Virus record (IMG/VR): IMGVR_UViG_3300035698_013592
DNA length: 64,000 nucleotides
Strand: one strand, 5' to 3'
Source of the DNA: an uncultured virus (IMG/VR IMGVR_UViG_3300035698_013592)
Lineage: Duplodnaviria > Heunggongvirae > Uroviricota > Caudoviricetes
The notes beneath the pieces were generated by a model. That model saw only the letters and a list, made by a program, of their open reading frames with translations. It did not search any database and was not told where the DNA came from. Both the position numbers and the translations under genes were made by a program. Of this stretch, positions 9,522 to 19,684 are shown piece after piece; the first letter of the stretch is position 1, and each line of letters starts with the position of its first letter.

Positions 9522-9867
9522 CATCATGACAGAGCGACAAATATCAAGACAACGTGAATGTTTAGGGTGCGGGGCTACGTTCTTTAGTCGCGACTGCGGA
9601 AATCGTATCTGTAAAAAGTGCAGCCGTAAGCACGCGAGGGAACCAGCCCCACCTAAAATTTACGAAGTCTCTGGTAGTGATGTGGACATGTTGTCTAGTT
9701 CTCGTATGTCGTCATTTGGGTCCGGAAAGTCTATGTCAAAAGACTTGAACACAGAGACGTCGCTCAAGGTAAAAAAGCCGCAGAAACTGACCGTTAAGCA
9801 TAAGCGTGTACCCAAGGTACAAGTCAAACGAGTTCTGAAGGCTGACGATGGCTCTCTTGACTTTTGA
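9505..9867 (+). CDS. Zinc-finger hypothetical protein
   Basis: RECLGCGATFFS..GNRICKKC. Confidence 0.55.
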   Translation: MSVYLDIMTERQISRQRECLGCGATFFSRDCGNRICKKCSRKHAREPAPPKIYEVSGSDVDMLSSSRMSSFGSGKSMSKDLNTETSLKVKKPQKLTVKHKRVPKVQVKRVLKADDGSLDF

Positions 9868-10510
9868 GGAACCTGATATGATTGTAGCTTCAACGACTAA
9901 AGGTGTTGTCATTCGGTTTGAGTCTCCCAAGGAGGTCGATGGGTTTTGGCGTGAGCTGAAGAATCTTCATGATTGGGGGTGCCGACGACGTAACGCCAGC
10001 GCTGACAGTCATGAGCCGCAACTCGTTTTCTGCATCAATAACTCATCTCTGTCCGACGGCATCGCTGCGGATATTCGTAGGTTGGCGGAGGAGGTTGTAA
10101 TTCCTGCGTCATGCCCTGGAGCACATATGGTTCTCATCTCGACCCCTAGCGGATTTGCATTCCGCTTTCGTAGCATCGAAGATCTAAAGCAGGTGTGGAC
10201 TAACCTGCAGCAGATGTACCGCGAGGGTAGTCGGCTTGAGAAGAAGGAGAAGATTGACGTCGTACTGGTATACCTTATCCACGAGACGGGCCTCACGGAT
10301 GCCGAGAAAGAAGACCTTTTTGGGATTGGTAAGAGCCTTATGCCGTGGCATGCTGCCCTGGCAGAAGGTAGAGTTACAAACGAACCATCCGATGGGAACG
10401 TGATCCCAGGCATACCAATACCCGCGTTGGGAGGACAAAACTTTGGACCAAGAGTTGAAGGATTTCGGGTTATCCCCGGAGGAAAAGGCATCCCGCCTCG
10501 CCCTGCTTAA
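9848..10510 (+). CDS. Hypothetical protein with internal domain duplication
   Basis: MIVASTTKGVVIRFESPKEV vs MVLISTPSGFAFRFRSIEDL. Confidence 0.55.
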   Translation: MALLTFEEPDMIVASTTKGVVIRFESPKEVDGFWRELKNLHDWGCRRRNASADSHEPQLVFCINNSSLSDGIAADIRRLAEEVVIPASCPGAHMVLISTPSGFAFRFRSIEDLKQVWTNLQQMYREGSRLEKKEKIDVVLVYLIHETGLTDAEKEDLFGIGKSLMPWHAALAEGRVTNEPSDGNVIPGIPIPALGGQNFGPRVEGFRVIPGGKGIPPRPA

Positions 10511-10622
10511 GGAGCGTAACCTGGAAATTAAGAAGGCAGGTGTAGCGTTCAAGGAGGAGGTAGAGGAGGTACTTCTTGATACCGAGGATGACCCTGTCGA
10601 CGATGATGAAGACGCGGACTAG
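10443..10622 (+). CDS. Small acidic hypothetical protein (59 aa; below the ORF track cutoff)
   Basis: GGAGG then TTG: MDQELKDFGLSPEEKASRLALLKERNLEIKK...DDDEDAD*; followed by a terminator-like hairpin. Confidence 0.45.
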   Translation: MDQELKDFGLSPEEKASRLALLKERNLEIKKAGVAFKEEVEEVLLDTEDDPVDDDEDAD

Positions 10623-10655
10623 CTCGTACTTCGAGACGCACCCTGCGCAAGATGT

Positions 10656-11351
10656 TTGCCCGGGTGCGTTTTCTATTCACACGGTACAAACTGGAGAGTA
10701 GTTGTGGCTAAGAAAGACGACGGCTTGAGAACGTTTGACGTACACGCTTGCGAGGTTGTACGGATCAAGCTCCCAAATATCATTGCTAAGACTCCGGAAG
10801 AGGCTGTAGAGATCGCGCTGGAAAAGTACGATCCGCATCAACTTTTGGACATCACCCTTGGCGACGGTCCCATTGAATACGTTGAGTGGCAGGAGGAAAC
10901 GGTAGGTTTTCTCGTGGATACGATGGGTGACGGTGACATCGAGAGTACGTTGTGGTTCTACGGGGATGGCAAGACAATTGTTGCTCCCTGGATGCCCATC
11001 TCTGGCGAAGTGGTTCAGGACATGATCATGGAGGCCAGTGGAATGGAGATGACTCCGGATTTCGTAGGGGATACATCTCCGATCACGCAGTGTGATCTCA
11101 TTGAGCATTTCAAGACAAGGTACGACAACTTGCAACGCAAGTATGACGCGCTAGTAGCGGCGTTTGACATACCTGGCGCGGAGCGGCCTGAGAATGCTGT
11201 TTTTGACCGGCTGGACAACGCAGATGAGGACAACGCTATTGCAATGTCTGGCTACATCCTGCGTGAGATTCAGAGGATTTCGTGTGATCTGATTGGAGAA
11301 GATAGAAAGGCGGCTTCAGATGCCTGTCTCAGCCCGTCGCCCGCAGGTTAG
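10656..11351 (+). CDS. Hypothetical protein (true start probably downstream)
   Basis: 231-aa ORF. Confidence 0.55.
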   Translation: MPGCVFYSHGTNWRVVVAKKDDGLRTFDVHACEVVRIKLPNIIAKTPEEAVEIALEKYDPHQLLDITLGDGPIEYVEWQEETVGFLVDTMGDGDIESTLWFYGDGKTIVAPWMPISGEVVQDMIMEASGMEMTPDFVGDTSPITQCDLIEHFKTRYDNLQRKYDALVAAFDIPGAERPENAVFDRLDNADEDNAIAMSGYILREIQRISCDLIGEDRKAASDACLSPSPAG

Positions 11352-11598
11352 CACTGCTGTACTGATGACGTGTCGCCACGACCTTCGTAAGATGCTTGAC
11401 CAACGACTTGAAGAGAAAGGGCAGGGAGCATGGCTCTCGTCCCATGAGATCCTTGGCGTCGTTGGCGAGGAGTTTCATGAGCTACAGCATGCTGTGCATG
11501 ATAATAACATGCAGGAAGTACACAACGAGTTGTTGGACATCGCCGTGGCATGTATCTTTGGCATGGCTTGTATACGGGAAGAGAAGGTGCATTGGTAA
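11320..11598 (+). CDS. MazG-like NTP pyrophosphohydrolase
   Basis: GEEFHELQHAV...ELLDIA acidic helix pattern. Confidence 0.6.
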   Translation: MPVSARRPQVSTAVLMTCRHDLRKMLDQRLEEKGQGAWLSSHEILGVVGEEFHELQHAVHDNNMQEVHNELLDIAVACIFGMACIREEKVHW

Positions 11599-12200
11599 TG
11601 GGTGCTGACATGGTTGCCATTTGCCTACATTGGCCTACTGGTGAGACACACGAGGACACACAAGCAAACGCGAAACAGATGCTGGATACAGCCGAGGAGC
11701 GCATCAAGGGGCTCACGAAAGGTAACCTACCTAAGGAATATCTGAATCTCTGCTGGACCGATGTGCCAGATGAGCTCGACGCCAAAGAGCTTAAAGAGAT
11801 CAAGAAGGCTCTGGGAGAGTACCTCAAGACTATAAGGGGTGCCATCGCAGGTAACAATCGCGACGCGTGGGTCAACAATATAGGTGACAGAACGGTACTG
11901 TTCACTGGAGGTGCGTCTTGGGGAGACTCGCCTAATGATCTGTGGGATGCGATATACAACACGAGCGCGGCTGGCCTCTTCATTAAAGAGAAGGGCGTGG
12001 AGGATAAGCTGTCTGAGAAGTACGTCAAGGATTATGGCCGCTGCCCAATTTGCGGTGATTCCGATATCGTAGGAGAGTCCATCAACATTGATGGGGACGT
12101 AGCTACACAAGCTGTCTCGTGTTCAGCTTGTGGCTCATCATGGTACGACTGGTACAAGCTGCAAGGCCTGTTCAACCTACACATTAGTGAGGAGCTATAA
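11598..12200 (+). CDS. Hypothetical protein with C-terminal zinc ribbon
   Basis: CPICG...CSACG. Confidence 0.55.
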   Translation: MGADMVAICLHWPTGETHEDTQANAKQMLDTAEERIKGLTKGNLPKEYLNLCWTDVPDELDAKELKEIKKALGEYLKTIRGAIAGNNRDAWVNNIGDRTVLFTGGASWGDSPNDLWDAIYNTSAAGLFIKEKGVEDKLSEKYVKDYGRCPICGDSDIVGESINIDGDVATQAVSCSACGSSWYDWYKLQGLFNLHISEEL

Positions 12201-12203
12201 GGT

Positions 12204-12542
12204 ATGCCAGGATCGGGAGACATCATCGACAAGAAGTTCAACGTGGAAGCAGCAGAAGGTATGCTGCAGGGCGTTCGCATCGTCGCTAACGTGGATGGTA
12301 AGGAAGTACGTAACATTGTCACGCGACAGGAAGCGATGAAGCGTGCGGCCATCGTCAATGCAATTGCGAAGGAGCATCCTGAGTGGCGGGACGAGCTTCT
12401 TCCCAAGGTGGCGATGATCATCGACGCTTGCAACGAGTCGCGTAAGCTCAACAACCTCCCCGGCTATCAGTCTCAATTTGTGACGTCTGTCCTCAGCCAG
12501 CAAGAGGATGCACATCGCGACAGGGCAGGCGAGAGTGGCTGA
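12204..12542 (+). CDS. Hypothetical protein
   Basis: 112-aa ORF. Confidence 0.5.
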   Translation: MPGSGDIIDKKFNVEAAEGMLQGVRIVANVDGKEVRNIVTRQEAMKRAAIVNAIAKEHPEWRDELLPKVAMIIDACNESRKLNNLPGYQSQFVTSVLSQQEDAHRDRAGESG

Positions 12543-12614
12543 CGTAGAATTCGACGACCTCGTCGTCGAACATACAGATTTCCGTGTTACATTTAGCCGT
12601 GTAGCCTACCTACA

Positions 12615-13172
12615 GTGGGCTGCGCGGCTTTCTTTGCAGGAGAAGACCTTATGGTCATGATTGGATTCAACAATACTGACTGTGAAGATTGGGCGTGTCA
12701 GTTCGTCGATGTAGACGTCTCACCTACCGGTGAAGACGAGAGCTGGAAAGGGTATCACATTGCGTTCTGTGAGCCGGATAGGAGCGAGTTTGATATCGCC
12801 TTGGACAGAAGGACAGCGACTATCCTGTTTGCTAGGCTGATGTCTCACGCGAGTGATCTGTCCTCAGTGGTAATAGAGGAGATGGACCACGATGCGCAGA
12901 TGGCGTACTGTGGGATGTTCTTGGAGTATCATTACCGCAGTGGTCTTGGCTTATTTCACAAAAGCCTCTTTGATGCGATGCTTATTGCTGAGGGGGAGAA
13001 CCTGGAGGCTCTCCGTACGGCTTTCCCCGGTCTTGTTTGGGCTATGGAGATATGGCGACACGGAGGCGAGGAAGCACTGTGCAAGCGGTGTGAACCCGCG
13101 CTGGTTCGCCGTATCGTAGGTGAACAGATGTACAAGGCGTGCTTTGGGAGGAGCTACCCATGGCAGAGTTGA
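12615..13172 (+). CDS. Hypothetical protein (true start probably downstream)
   Basis: 185-aa ORF. Confidence 0.5.
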   Translation: MGCAAFFAGEDLMVMIGFNNTDCEDWACQFVDVDVSPTGEDESWKGYHIAFCEPDRSEFDIALDRRTATILFARLMSHASDLSSVVIEEMDHDAQMAYCGMFLEYHYRSGLGLFHKSLFDAMLIAEGENLEALRTAFPGLVWAMEIWRHGGEEALCKRCEPALVRRIVGEQMYKACFGRSYPWQS

Positions 13173-13733
13173 AGATCACCTGCCCAAATAATCCTAGTCA
13201 CAATCGCTTTGAGGCCCCGGCGCATGTAGCTGAGAGGTGGATTGTGGATGAAGAAGGCATATACATTTCTCACATACAAGGTGGAGATATAGTTCATGCG
13301 CCAGATGCAGAAGATTTCTTCATATGTGTTGAGTGTCATGCAGAGGCGGTAGCAACGTGTCTTCCTTAATGATGGCTTGCATCTTCGTTGAGAAGACAAA
13401 TACGGCTTGTCGGTTTTGTAAAAGTCGCAACGAGATCGAGAGTCGAGTTGTGGTATCTACTGCAAAGGATATTCACCGACCTCATATACGCAGGAGAAAG
13501 ACGCATTACTGCATTCAGTGCTTTCGTCGTCTTGTGAGAGTGGTGAAGGCCGTGCGTCCAGACGTTGTGGCGGAGATGATGAAGGCTGGCTCCTTATCGA
13601 GGATACTACTCGGTTACGGGAGGCACATGAACGTTGGCGCCACAACGGAGACGTTCTACGGGAGATCCGCGCACGTCAAAGGCATGGAGTGTCCCAATGA
13701 CGATATGTTTAGGCCTTTCTGGAAGGAGCTGCA

Positions 13734-14081
13734 ATGAACATCACTGTTTATGGTAAAGAGGGGTGCGATCTCTGCGAGGCGATCGAACAGCTGTTCTCTA
13801 AACACATATTGGGTGGACGCCTTGAAGCTGATCTGGCGACCTGCCAGTTCCCGGACGAGATACGGAGGCTCTCTCCAGATGATCTGGACAAAGTGCTCGA
13901 TGCAAAGGCTACAATGTCTATGGAAGACCTCGTGGACGTACCGGCCGTCATCATCACGTTGAACGATGAAGTCTTATGGAAGAAGGATTCTATTAAAGCA
14001 ATCACCGAGATCCCTACGGGGAAGATCATCCGAGCATCGAAAGGAGAGGCTGCTGACATCGCAGAGCTGCGAGGTCAGTGA
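13734..14081 (+). CDS. Glutaredoxin/thioredoxin-like protein
   Basis: ITVYGKEGCDLC...VPAVII. Confidence 0.65.
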   Translation: MNITVYGKEGCDLCEAIEQLFSKHILGGRLEADLATCQFPDEIRRLSPDDLDKVLDAKATMSMEDLVDVPAVIITLNDEVLWKKDSIKAITEIPTGKIIRASKGEAADIAELRGQ

Positions 14082-14093
14082 CACGTTACTGAC

Positions 14094-14696
14094 ATGGGAA
14101 GTGTTAATGCGATGAATTCTATCGACAGGGTACGCACCCTCTTCGGTAAGTTCTTTTTGGATGAGTACGAGACACTTAAAGGGTGTACCGTTACAGATAT
14201 CAGATCCATACAACGCCGTGGAGACGTGATGTGTATGGAGCTGACTCTTCGGGATCCACACGGCAAGGTTGAGAAGGTTGATACCTTTCCGACGGTTGAG
14301 TATTGCGAGGATGGCGTCTTTGGCGTGCAACTGGAGGAGTACGTTCACATCGAGCAGATTATACGACGTGTCTGTTCTGTGCTCATCGACTCAAGTGGTA
14401 CCGGTTCCAAAGATGTTGACCCGGCATGGGTACGTGAGAATAAGGCGGATCTGATTGAAGAGCTAGAGCTTATGGTGGACATGTTGGAACAAAACAGCAA
14501 CGAGATTCCACCTGGAGGCTACTTTGTTCTTCGCTGTGAGAACTGTGACTTTCTCATGCCTTCAGATATGGCTGTTCCGGTAAAGCATGCGGCTTTGCGC
14601 TTTGAGGTGGATAAGTACACGCCTTGGGAATGCCCCTGTTGTGGGGCGCTCTGTTACCCGAGGATGGCGCCAAAAGATGTTATGGCTGAGCCATGA
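14094..14696 (+). CDS. Hypothetical protein with C-terminal zinc ribbon
   Basis: CENC...ECPCCG. Confidence 0.55.
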   Translation: MGSVNAMNSIDRVRTLFGKFFLDEYETLKGCTVTDIRSIQRRGDVMCMELTLRDPHGKVEKVDTFPTVEYCEDGVFGVQLEEYVHIEQIIRRVCSVLIDSSGTGSKDVDPAWVRENKADLIEELELMVDMLEQNSNEIPPGGYFVLRCENCDFLMPSDMAVPVKHAALRFEVDKYTPWECPCCGALCYPRMAPKDVMAEP

Positions 14697-14702
14697 GTTG
14701 TC

Positions 14703-14731
14703 TTGCGTTTCAGCGGATCTGCGGCTATAAT
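14703..14731 (+). promoter_or_regulatory. sigma70-like promoter
   Basis: TTGCGT-17nt-TATAAT in an intergenic gap. Confidence 0.6.
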
Positions 14732-14763
14732 GAGAACAACTGGCAGGCGGAGGTCGGAGACCA

Positions 14764-15711
14764 ATGGCTATAAACGTGCATGACTACAAGCTGGGTAAGG
14801 TTGCCCAGCTGCGGCGAAAGATCCATGATAAGGTTCACTTCCTTAAACATTACCTGGGAGCGGAGCTTAGTGGCGAGATCTTTCAGGCGTATGTAGAAGC
14901 GCTAAGAGCTTGTCTCCGCCTGCCAGCTCGTTGCAGGCCGATGTTGGAGGCATCTCTTGCGCGCTTTGCGGGTAAGACGCTTACACGTACCCGCGCTCGC
15001 TACATCGAGTATATGCTTGCTGGTGAGCGGGGTCATCTTTTTGAAGGGTCGGTTGAGCCGCTGGAAGGTACAGTCGACTTTGACGGTCGCAGCAATCCGT
15101 ACCAATTAGATACGACATTTATTGAGGGTCAGGTGATTCTGCCCTTCCAGGGTGTTCGTTATTCTCAGTGGTTTCCCACGGAGATCGTTGGGGCGCGTGT
15201 TGCGGCCCTGAGCTCCAGGACTCACACAGTTCTTATCGAGCTCACGTTCATGATCGTTGCCGGACCTGGTTCAGGAGAGCTGCTGTCGTATAGAGTACCT
15301 AAAGGATTTGTCCATCACTTTGCGCTTGCGCTGGGCTTACCTCAGTACCGTGGATACCATCACCGAGAACTCGTGCAGATGTGGTTTACAGGTTTGTGGG
15401 ATGTCATTGATGACAAGGCCGTGTTGCAGAAGCAACGGGTTGAGCCTCATCACATGACACACAACCAGAAGATCAACAGATTGCGTGGGCATAAGTGTTT
15501 ACGTAAGTGGAATGTACTCTGCCACGATTGCCCCATTGGGTTCGAAGAATGCCCGAGGGGTACACACGGGCTGAGTTACGAGATGCGCGAGTGTAGGAAC
15601 GATCATCGAGGGTGGTTTAGCCCGGGTAGTAAGTCCCCGCTGTGTCTCAAGTGCAGCGAGGCAGCAGTTAGAAGGAGACACCGACGTGGCGTTACAAATG
15701 CGACCAAATGA
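14764..15711 (+). CDS. Hypothetical protein, Cys-rich C-terminus
   Basis: 315-aa ORF with GGAGG RBS. Confidence 0.6.
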   Translation: MAINVHDYKLGKVAQLRRKIHDKVHFLKHYLGAELSGEIFQAYVEALRACLRLPARCRPMLEASLARFAGKTLTRTRARYIEYMLAGERGHLFEGSVEPLEGTVDFDGRSNPYQLDTTFIEGQVILPFQGVRYSQWFPTEIVGARVAALSSRTHTVLIELTFMIVAGPGSGELLSYRVPKGFVHHFALALGLPQYRGYHHRELVQMWFTGLWDVIDDKAVLQKQRVEPHHMTHNQKINRLRGHKCLRKWNVLCHDCPIGFEECPRGTHGLSYEMRECRNDHRGWFSPGSKSPLCLKCSEAAVRRRHRRGVTNATK

Positions 15712-16216
15712 GGGTTCGGACAAGAGGCTGTACTGCCCAGATCGAGATGTTGTCTATCTCTTTCCGGCGCTCGTACGTCGTATGATGCATTCGTTTGACG
15801 ATCAAGGGATGGAAGAGGTTCGGTGGCTTGATGACTACACCAAGCTGATTGACTCCGCGAAGTCGATGTCTTTGTTCTGGGATATTGCGCGAGACGGAAC
15901 TATTCCGAAGGAGGACGTGTTGGAGCGGTGTGGGTTCAATGCGTTGGATCTCGATACTCGTCTTGCGTTGTCCCACAGATTCCTTCAGCTGTTCCTACAA
16001 TCGTACATCGTGTATCTGAGAGATATCACTATTCCGGGAGACCCCCTACCGGATAAGATCATCAGTGACTACAACCATCTGCGGTTTGCAGAGACATACA
16101 GATCCTGGGGACCTATTAGAAGGTGGACCCACAGAGCGGTGCGAACTGTACGTCGGTGGTTTGAAGCCACGAGCTACGACGCACCGGGAGAAACATGCCA
16201 GAAAGACAAGAACTGA
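15686..16216 (+). CDS. Hypothetical protein
   Basis: 176-aa ORF with AAGGAG RBS. Confidence 0.55.
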   Translation: MALQMRPNEGSDKRLYCPDRDVVYLFPALVRRMMHSFDDQGMEEVRWLDDYTKLIDSAKSMSLFWDIARDGTIPKEDVLERCGFNALDLDTRLALSHRFLQLFLQSYIVYLRDITIPGDPLPDKIISDYNHLRFAETYRSWGPIRRWTHRAVRTVRRWFEATSYDAPGETCQKDKN

Positions 16217-16908
16217 AAAGGCTGAACACTATGTTCAAGCAAATAGCCGATAGCTTTGGCTTCGAAACGCTGCCGGACAAATACCTCGTGCTTGACTGCG
16301 AGACGTCCGGAGTAGATTGTAATCGTGATAGCATCATCCAGGTGGGCTTCTGTGCCGTTGACGGCCGGAAGAGTCAGATGATGGGCGCCGTTAACATAAA
16401 GCGTCCTGATGGAGTTGTACGTGACTGGCCTACAATCACAAGGATCACAGGTATCACACAGGCCATGCTCGACGTGGCGCGTCCGCCCGAGGAAGTTCTT
16501 CCGAAGTTCGCGGACATGGTTCAGAGCTGGCTGGATGAGGGCCATCTTATTGTTGGCCATAACTTCCTTCGCTTTGATCTTCCTTTCTTCAATCGTTCGT
16601 TCGCTGAAGTGAAGGACAGGCGACGCATCCCCAAGGATCGTTGTCTTGACACGGGGATGATGGTGAAGGCTTCTCGTATCAATATGAGCATGCTTCCTAA
16701 CGAGACCTTCGATGCCTTTGCCTTGCGTGTGGACAGTATCCGACGCAAGGGACTTTATTGGTCGCTCGATAGGTACTGCATCGACGCCTATGGGCTGGAG
16801 AAGCGTGGAGTAGATAGAAGCCTTGCTCACAACGCGGGCTATGACTGTTTCATGACCCACATGCTCCTTGAGGTAATGCGCGAACAGTTCGAAGGGAAGC
16901 CACAATGA
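16195..16908 (+). CDS. DEDDh 3'-5' exonuclease (DnaQ-like)
   Basis: LDCETSG, VGHNFLRFDLPF, AHNAGYDC. Confidence 0.85.
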   Translation: MPERQELKRLNTMFKQIADSFGFETLPDKYLVLDCETSGVDCNRDSIIQVGFCAVDGRKSQMMGAVNIKRPDGVVRDWPTITRITGITQAMLDVARPPEEVLPKFADMVQSWLDEGHLIVGHNFLRFDLPFFNRSFAEVKDRRRIPKDRCLDTGMMVKASRINMSMLPNETFDAFALRVDSIRRKGLYWSLDRYCIDAYGLEKRGVDRSLAHNAGYDCFMTHMLLEVMREQFEGKPQ

Positions 16909-17246
16909 AGTACTGGAAAAAGACAGTAGTTGACGTAACTAGGTGGTTCAGGAATGGAGACCACCCAGAGGACGGTAAGGAGACTTTCATAAACGCTGAA
17001 GGCACACACCGTCGCGAGGGCAAGGTAGTCCGTCGCTATCGGCACCCTGCGGATGAGGCGTTGATGAAGTGCGCTCATTGTGGTTTGCTGATGCACGATC
17101 ACGGCTGGATCGATTCAATGGTAGTCAGCCATGTTGTTTGTCCTGGCGATTGGGTTATTACGGAAGCGTGTGGCAAGAGCTATCCAGTTAAGCCTGATGT
17201 CTTTGACGCGGAGTATGACCCGATGGAGGTTGATGACGATGGGTAG
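16905..17246 (+). CDS. Conserved phage protein (PGDW/PGDYG-like)
   Basis: VCPGDWVITEACGKSYPVKPDVFDAEY. Confidence 0.6.
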   Translation: MKYWKKTVVDVTRWFRNGDHPEDGKETFINAEGTHRREGKVVRRYRHPADEALMKCAHCGLLMHDHGWIDSMVVSHVVCPGDWVITEACGKSYPVKPDVFDAEYDPMEVDDDG

Positions 17247-17832
17247 ACTACTTGCTCTAGACCCCGGAACGAAGTGTGGTTACGCATTTGTTGATTTCAG
17301 CAAGGGCAACATGCCGGAGAAGGCAGACCCCAGCCTCTGTGGAGTGTGGGACCTGTCGGCTAAGCGACATGAAGGCGCAGGTATGCGCTTTGTGCGTTTG
17401 AAGAAGCTACTTTGCAGTATGGCCCCCACGATGATTCTTTACGAAGAGGTGCAGAGTCATTTTAAGTCCTCCGGGGCTGCACAGATGTACGGAGGCATCC
17501 GTAGCATCCTGACCTCGTACTGCGAGGAGCACAACGTTCCTTATGCGGGTATCCCGGTTGGTACGATCAAGAAGAGGGCTACAGGTAAGGGTAACGTCGG
17601 CAAGGCGCCGATGATCAAAGCCGCTATCGAGTACTTCGAAGCGGTACAGTTGGAAGTATCCAGGGCCGGAAAAGGCGACGATGATATCGCCGATGCCCTT
17701 TGGATTTGTCAGATAGGCATCGAGGAATACATCGAAGGAGCTACAGATGGTCAAGGGGAAGAAGTTCGAGATGAGGCTGTTGCTGGCAACAACGGAGAAG
17801 CAGCCTCTGATAAGAGTTCGGGAGAGAGTTGA
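17239..17832 (+). CDS. RuvC-like Holliday junction resolvase
   Basis: LALDPGTKCGYA, YEEV, IKKRATGKGN..K, DDIADAL. Confidence 0.85.
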   Translation: MGRLLALDPGTKCGYAFVDFSKGNMPEKADPSLCGVWDLSAKRHEGAGMRFVRLKKLLCSMAPTMILYEEVQSHFKSSGAAQMYGGIRSILTSYCEEHNVPYAGIPVGTIKKRATGKGNVGKAPMIKAAIEYFEAVQLEVSRAGKGDDDIADALWICQIGIEEYIEGATDGQGEEVRDEAVAGNNGEAASDKSSGES

Positions 17833-18085
17833 CGAAGATAGTTTCTCCCGTAAGTGGTGGCGTTTGGAAGTTGACGCTAGCGTATCGATGGGAACACTAC
17901 GAGAGTGGGTTAAGACTCACCTATTGGACTGTTCAGGTGAAGCCCGTTGCGAGAGTGCTCGCCAGCTATGGGGTCTTATACAGCGGGCGGCGCTGTCGTC
18001 GTTCGGTGTTGACATCTCATCGCACATGTCTGTACCTAACCCGTTGTGGCTGCGCTACGCCAAGCGCTTAGCGAATGGAGACTAA
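17747..18085 (+). CDS. Hypothetical protein
   Basis: 112-aa ORF with AAGGAG RBS. Confidence 0.5.
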   Translation: MVKGKKFEMRLLLATTEKQPLIRVRERVDEDSFSRKWWRLEVDASVSMGTLREWVKTHLLDCSGEARCESARQLWGLIQRAALSSFGVDISSHMSVPNPLWLRYAKRLANGD

Positions 18086-19079
18086 AGTGAGCAAGAGAAC
18101 CCAAATACTCGGGCCTGATGGCCAGCCTATCGAAGATCCGGAAGAGCTGAACTTGCTTCTGATTGAGGCTAGGAAGGCGCTGACGGACAACAAGACTACG
18201 TTGTTGGTAAACGCTATGACCAACGCCCATCAGCTTTACCAGTTTGCACGGTCAGAGATGGAGTTTCAGAACCTGTCGCCCGAGGTGATTCAACTGCTCG
18301 TAAAGTCGTCTACAGGAAAAGCAACTAAGGGTTTCACGCTACAGCAGCTGATACGCAGCCTCAAGAAAAGAACGCTTCCTTTCATCGAGCATCAGTTTAC
18401 GGAATATCGCCGTGCTGAGAACGAGCGCAAGGAGCGGGCAAAGAAGATCGAGCGTGCCCTGCCGCCAGTCGGTTTCCGCATGCCTCTCAAGTCTATGCAG
18501 GACAAGATAGAGCGTTTTACCCTATCTGATGCCTATATGGTCCTTGGCCGTGACCGCGCGGCCCGTAAGGGACTGCTCCGACATACGGCGCAGCACTTCA
18601 AGGATGCCGGGTTCCGTGTAGCGTACCTTAGTGGTTCTGACCATGAGCCTGATGAGGTTGTTCCGTGGGCTTCTATGATGATGCCTGCATCTTGGTGGGC
18701 AGGCGCGGCTGTTAACGCCGGACAGTTCCACGAGACGTTGGAGCCGGTGACTAGTGCAGACATGCACTTTCTCTTCGTGGAGAATCTCTCTATCGCCTGT
18801 GGCGTACAGGATTCCTTTGAGTCCATGCGTGATTGGATACAAAGGTCGGTGTCGTTGTTTGTTACATGGTGCAAGTCGAAGCGAGTGGCTCTCTTCATGG
18901 GCCTTGACATCTCGCAGGCTATGGACCAGGATAACCCGCAGAATGACTTCCCGTTTATCAACGACATACCGCACGTCGTTGCCTCAACCAAGCAAATTGA
19001 CGAAGAACCAGAGCCCGGTGTGTACATCGTCGTGGAAAACGATGTCATACCTTTGAAGGAGTATACAGATGGACCGTAA
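18075..19079 (+). CDS. Hypothetical protein, possibly a degenerate P-loop NTPase
   Basis: 334-aa ORF; strand pattern FRVAYLS/FLFVENL but no intact Walker A. Confidence 0.45.
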   Translation: METKVSKRTQILGPDGQPIEDPEELNLLLIEARKALTDNKTTLLVNAMTNAHQLYQFARSEMEFQNLSPEVIQLLVKSSTGKATKGFTLQQLIRSLKKRTLPFIEHQFTEYRRAENERKERAKKIERALPPVGFRMPLKSMQDKIERFTLSDAYMVLGRDRAARKGLLRHTAQHFKDAGFRVAYLSGSDHEPDEVVPWASMMMPASWWAGAAVNAGQFHETLEPVTSADMHFLFVENLSIACGVQDSFESMRDWIQRSVSLFVTWCKSKRVALFMGLDISQAMDQDNPQNDFPFINDIPHVVASTKQIDEEPEPGVYIVVENDVIPLKEYTDGP

Positions 19080-19683
19080 CACCCCGCTGTTTTTCGGGTT
19101 TAATCTTGAAGCTGTACCTAACTGGTCGGAGTACGTTCCCGATATCTCGGCCCCGTCCAACTACAAGGACAAAAACAAGATTGAGGCTTACATTGAGCGT
19201 CGGCGTGAAGAGATTAGGGACTCAGCACATACAGGTATGCTCACTGGTCGTATCTGTGACTTCTCGATTGTTGGCGACAACAAGGTGCTTGCTGAGGGCA
19301 GCTGCGCGATGGACCTGATGCAGGTGTTGGGCCCCAACGGTAAACTCCCAGTGTCTCCGTTGTTTGACATCGATTCAAATGACCTGTTACCGGTGCTGTG
19401 TCTTAATCGAACGCTTGTTGGGTTTGCGTTGAAGGACTACCTCCGTCAGGCGGCTATCGAGCTTGCGTCTTTGGACATCAGGCCTCCCGCGTGGATGTGG
19501 CAGACACCTACTTTCAACTCGCTTTCCTACCGGGTTATCGACCCGTTGCGTATCGCGGATTGCGGAGTGGACGAGATCCCGATACTTATGCATCGTCTGG
19601 GCCTGGACCTCTCCAAGTTCAGTTTCTCTTCGTCTCTTGACTTTGCGCAGGCGGCGCAGGCTATCTATGAAAGGTTTGTTTAG
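19069..19683 (+). CDS. Divergent PolB-type 3'-5' exonuclease-like protein
   Basis: FNLEAVP, APSNYKDKNKIEAYI, GRIC; acidic catalytic residues not intact. Confidence 0.35.
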   Translation: MDRNTPLFFGFNLEAVPNWSEYVPDISAPSNYKDKNKIEAYIERRREEIRDSAHTGMLTGRICDFSIVGDNKVLAEGSCAMDLMQVLGPNGKLPVSPLFDIDSNDLLPVLCLNRTLVGFALKDYLRQAAIELASLDIRPPAWMWQTPTFNSLSYRVIDPLRIADCGVDEIPILMHRLGLDLSKFSFSSSLDFAQAAQAIYERFV

Positions 19684-19684
19684 C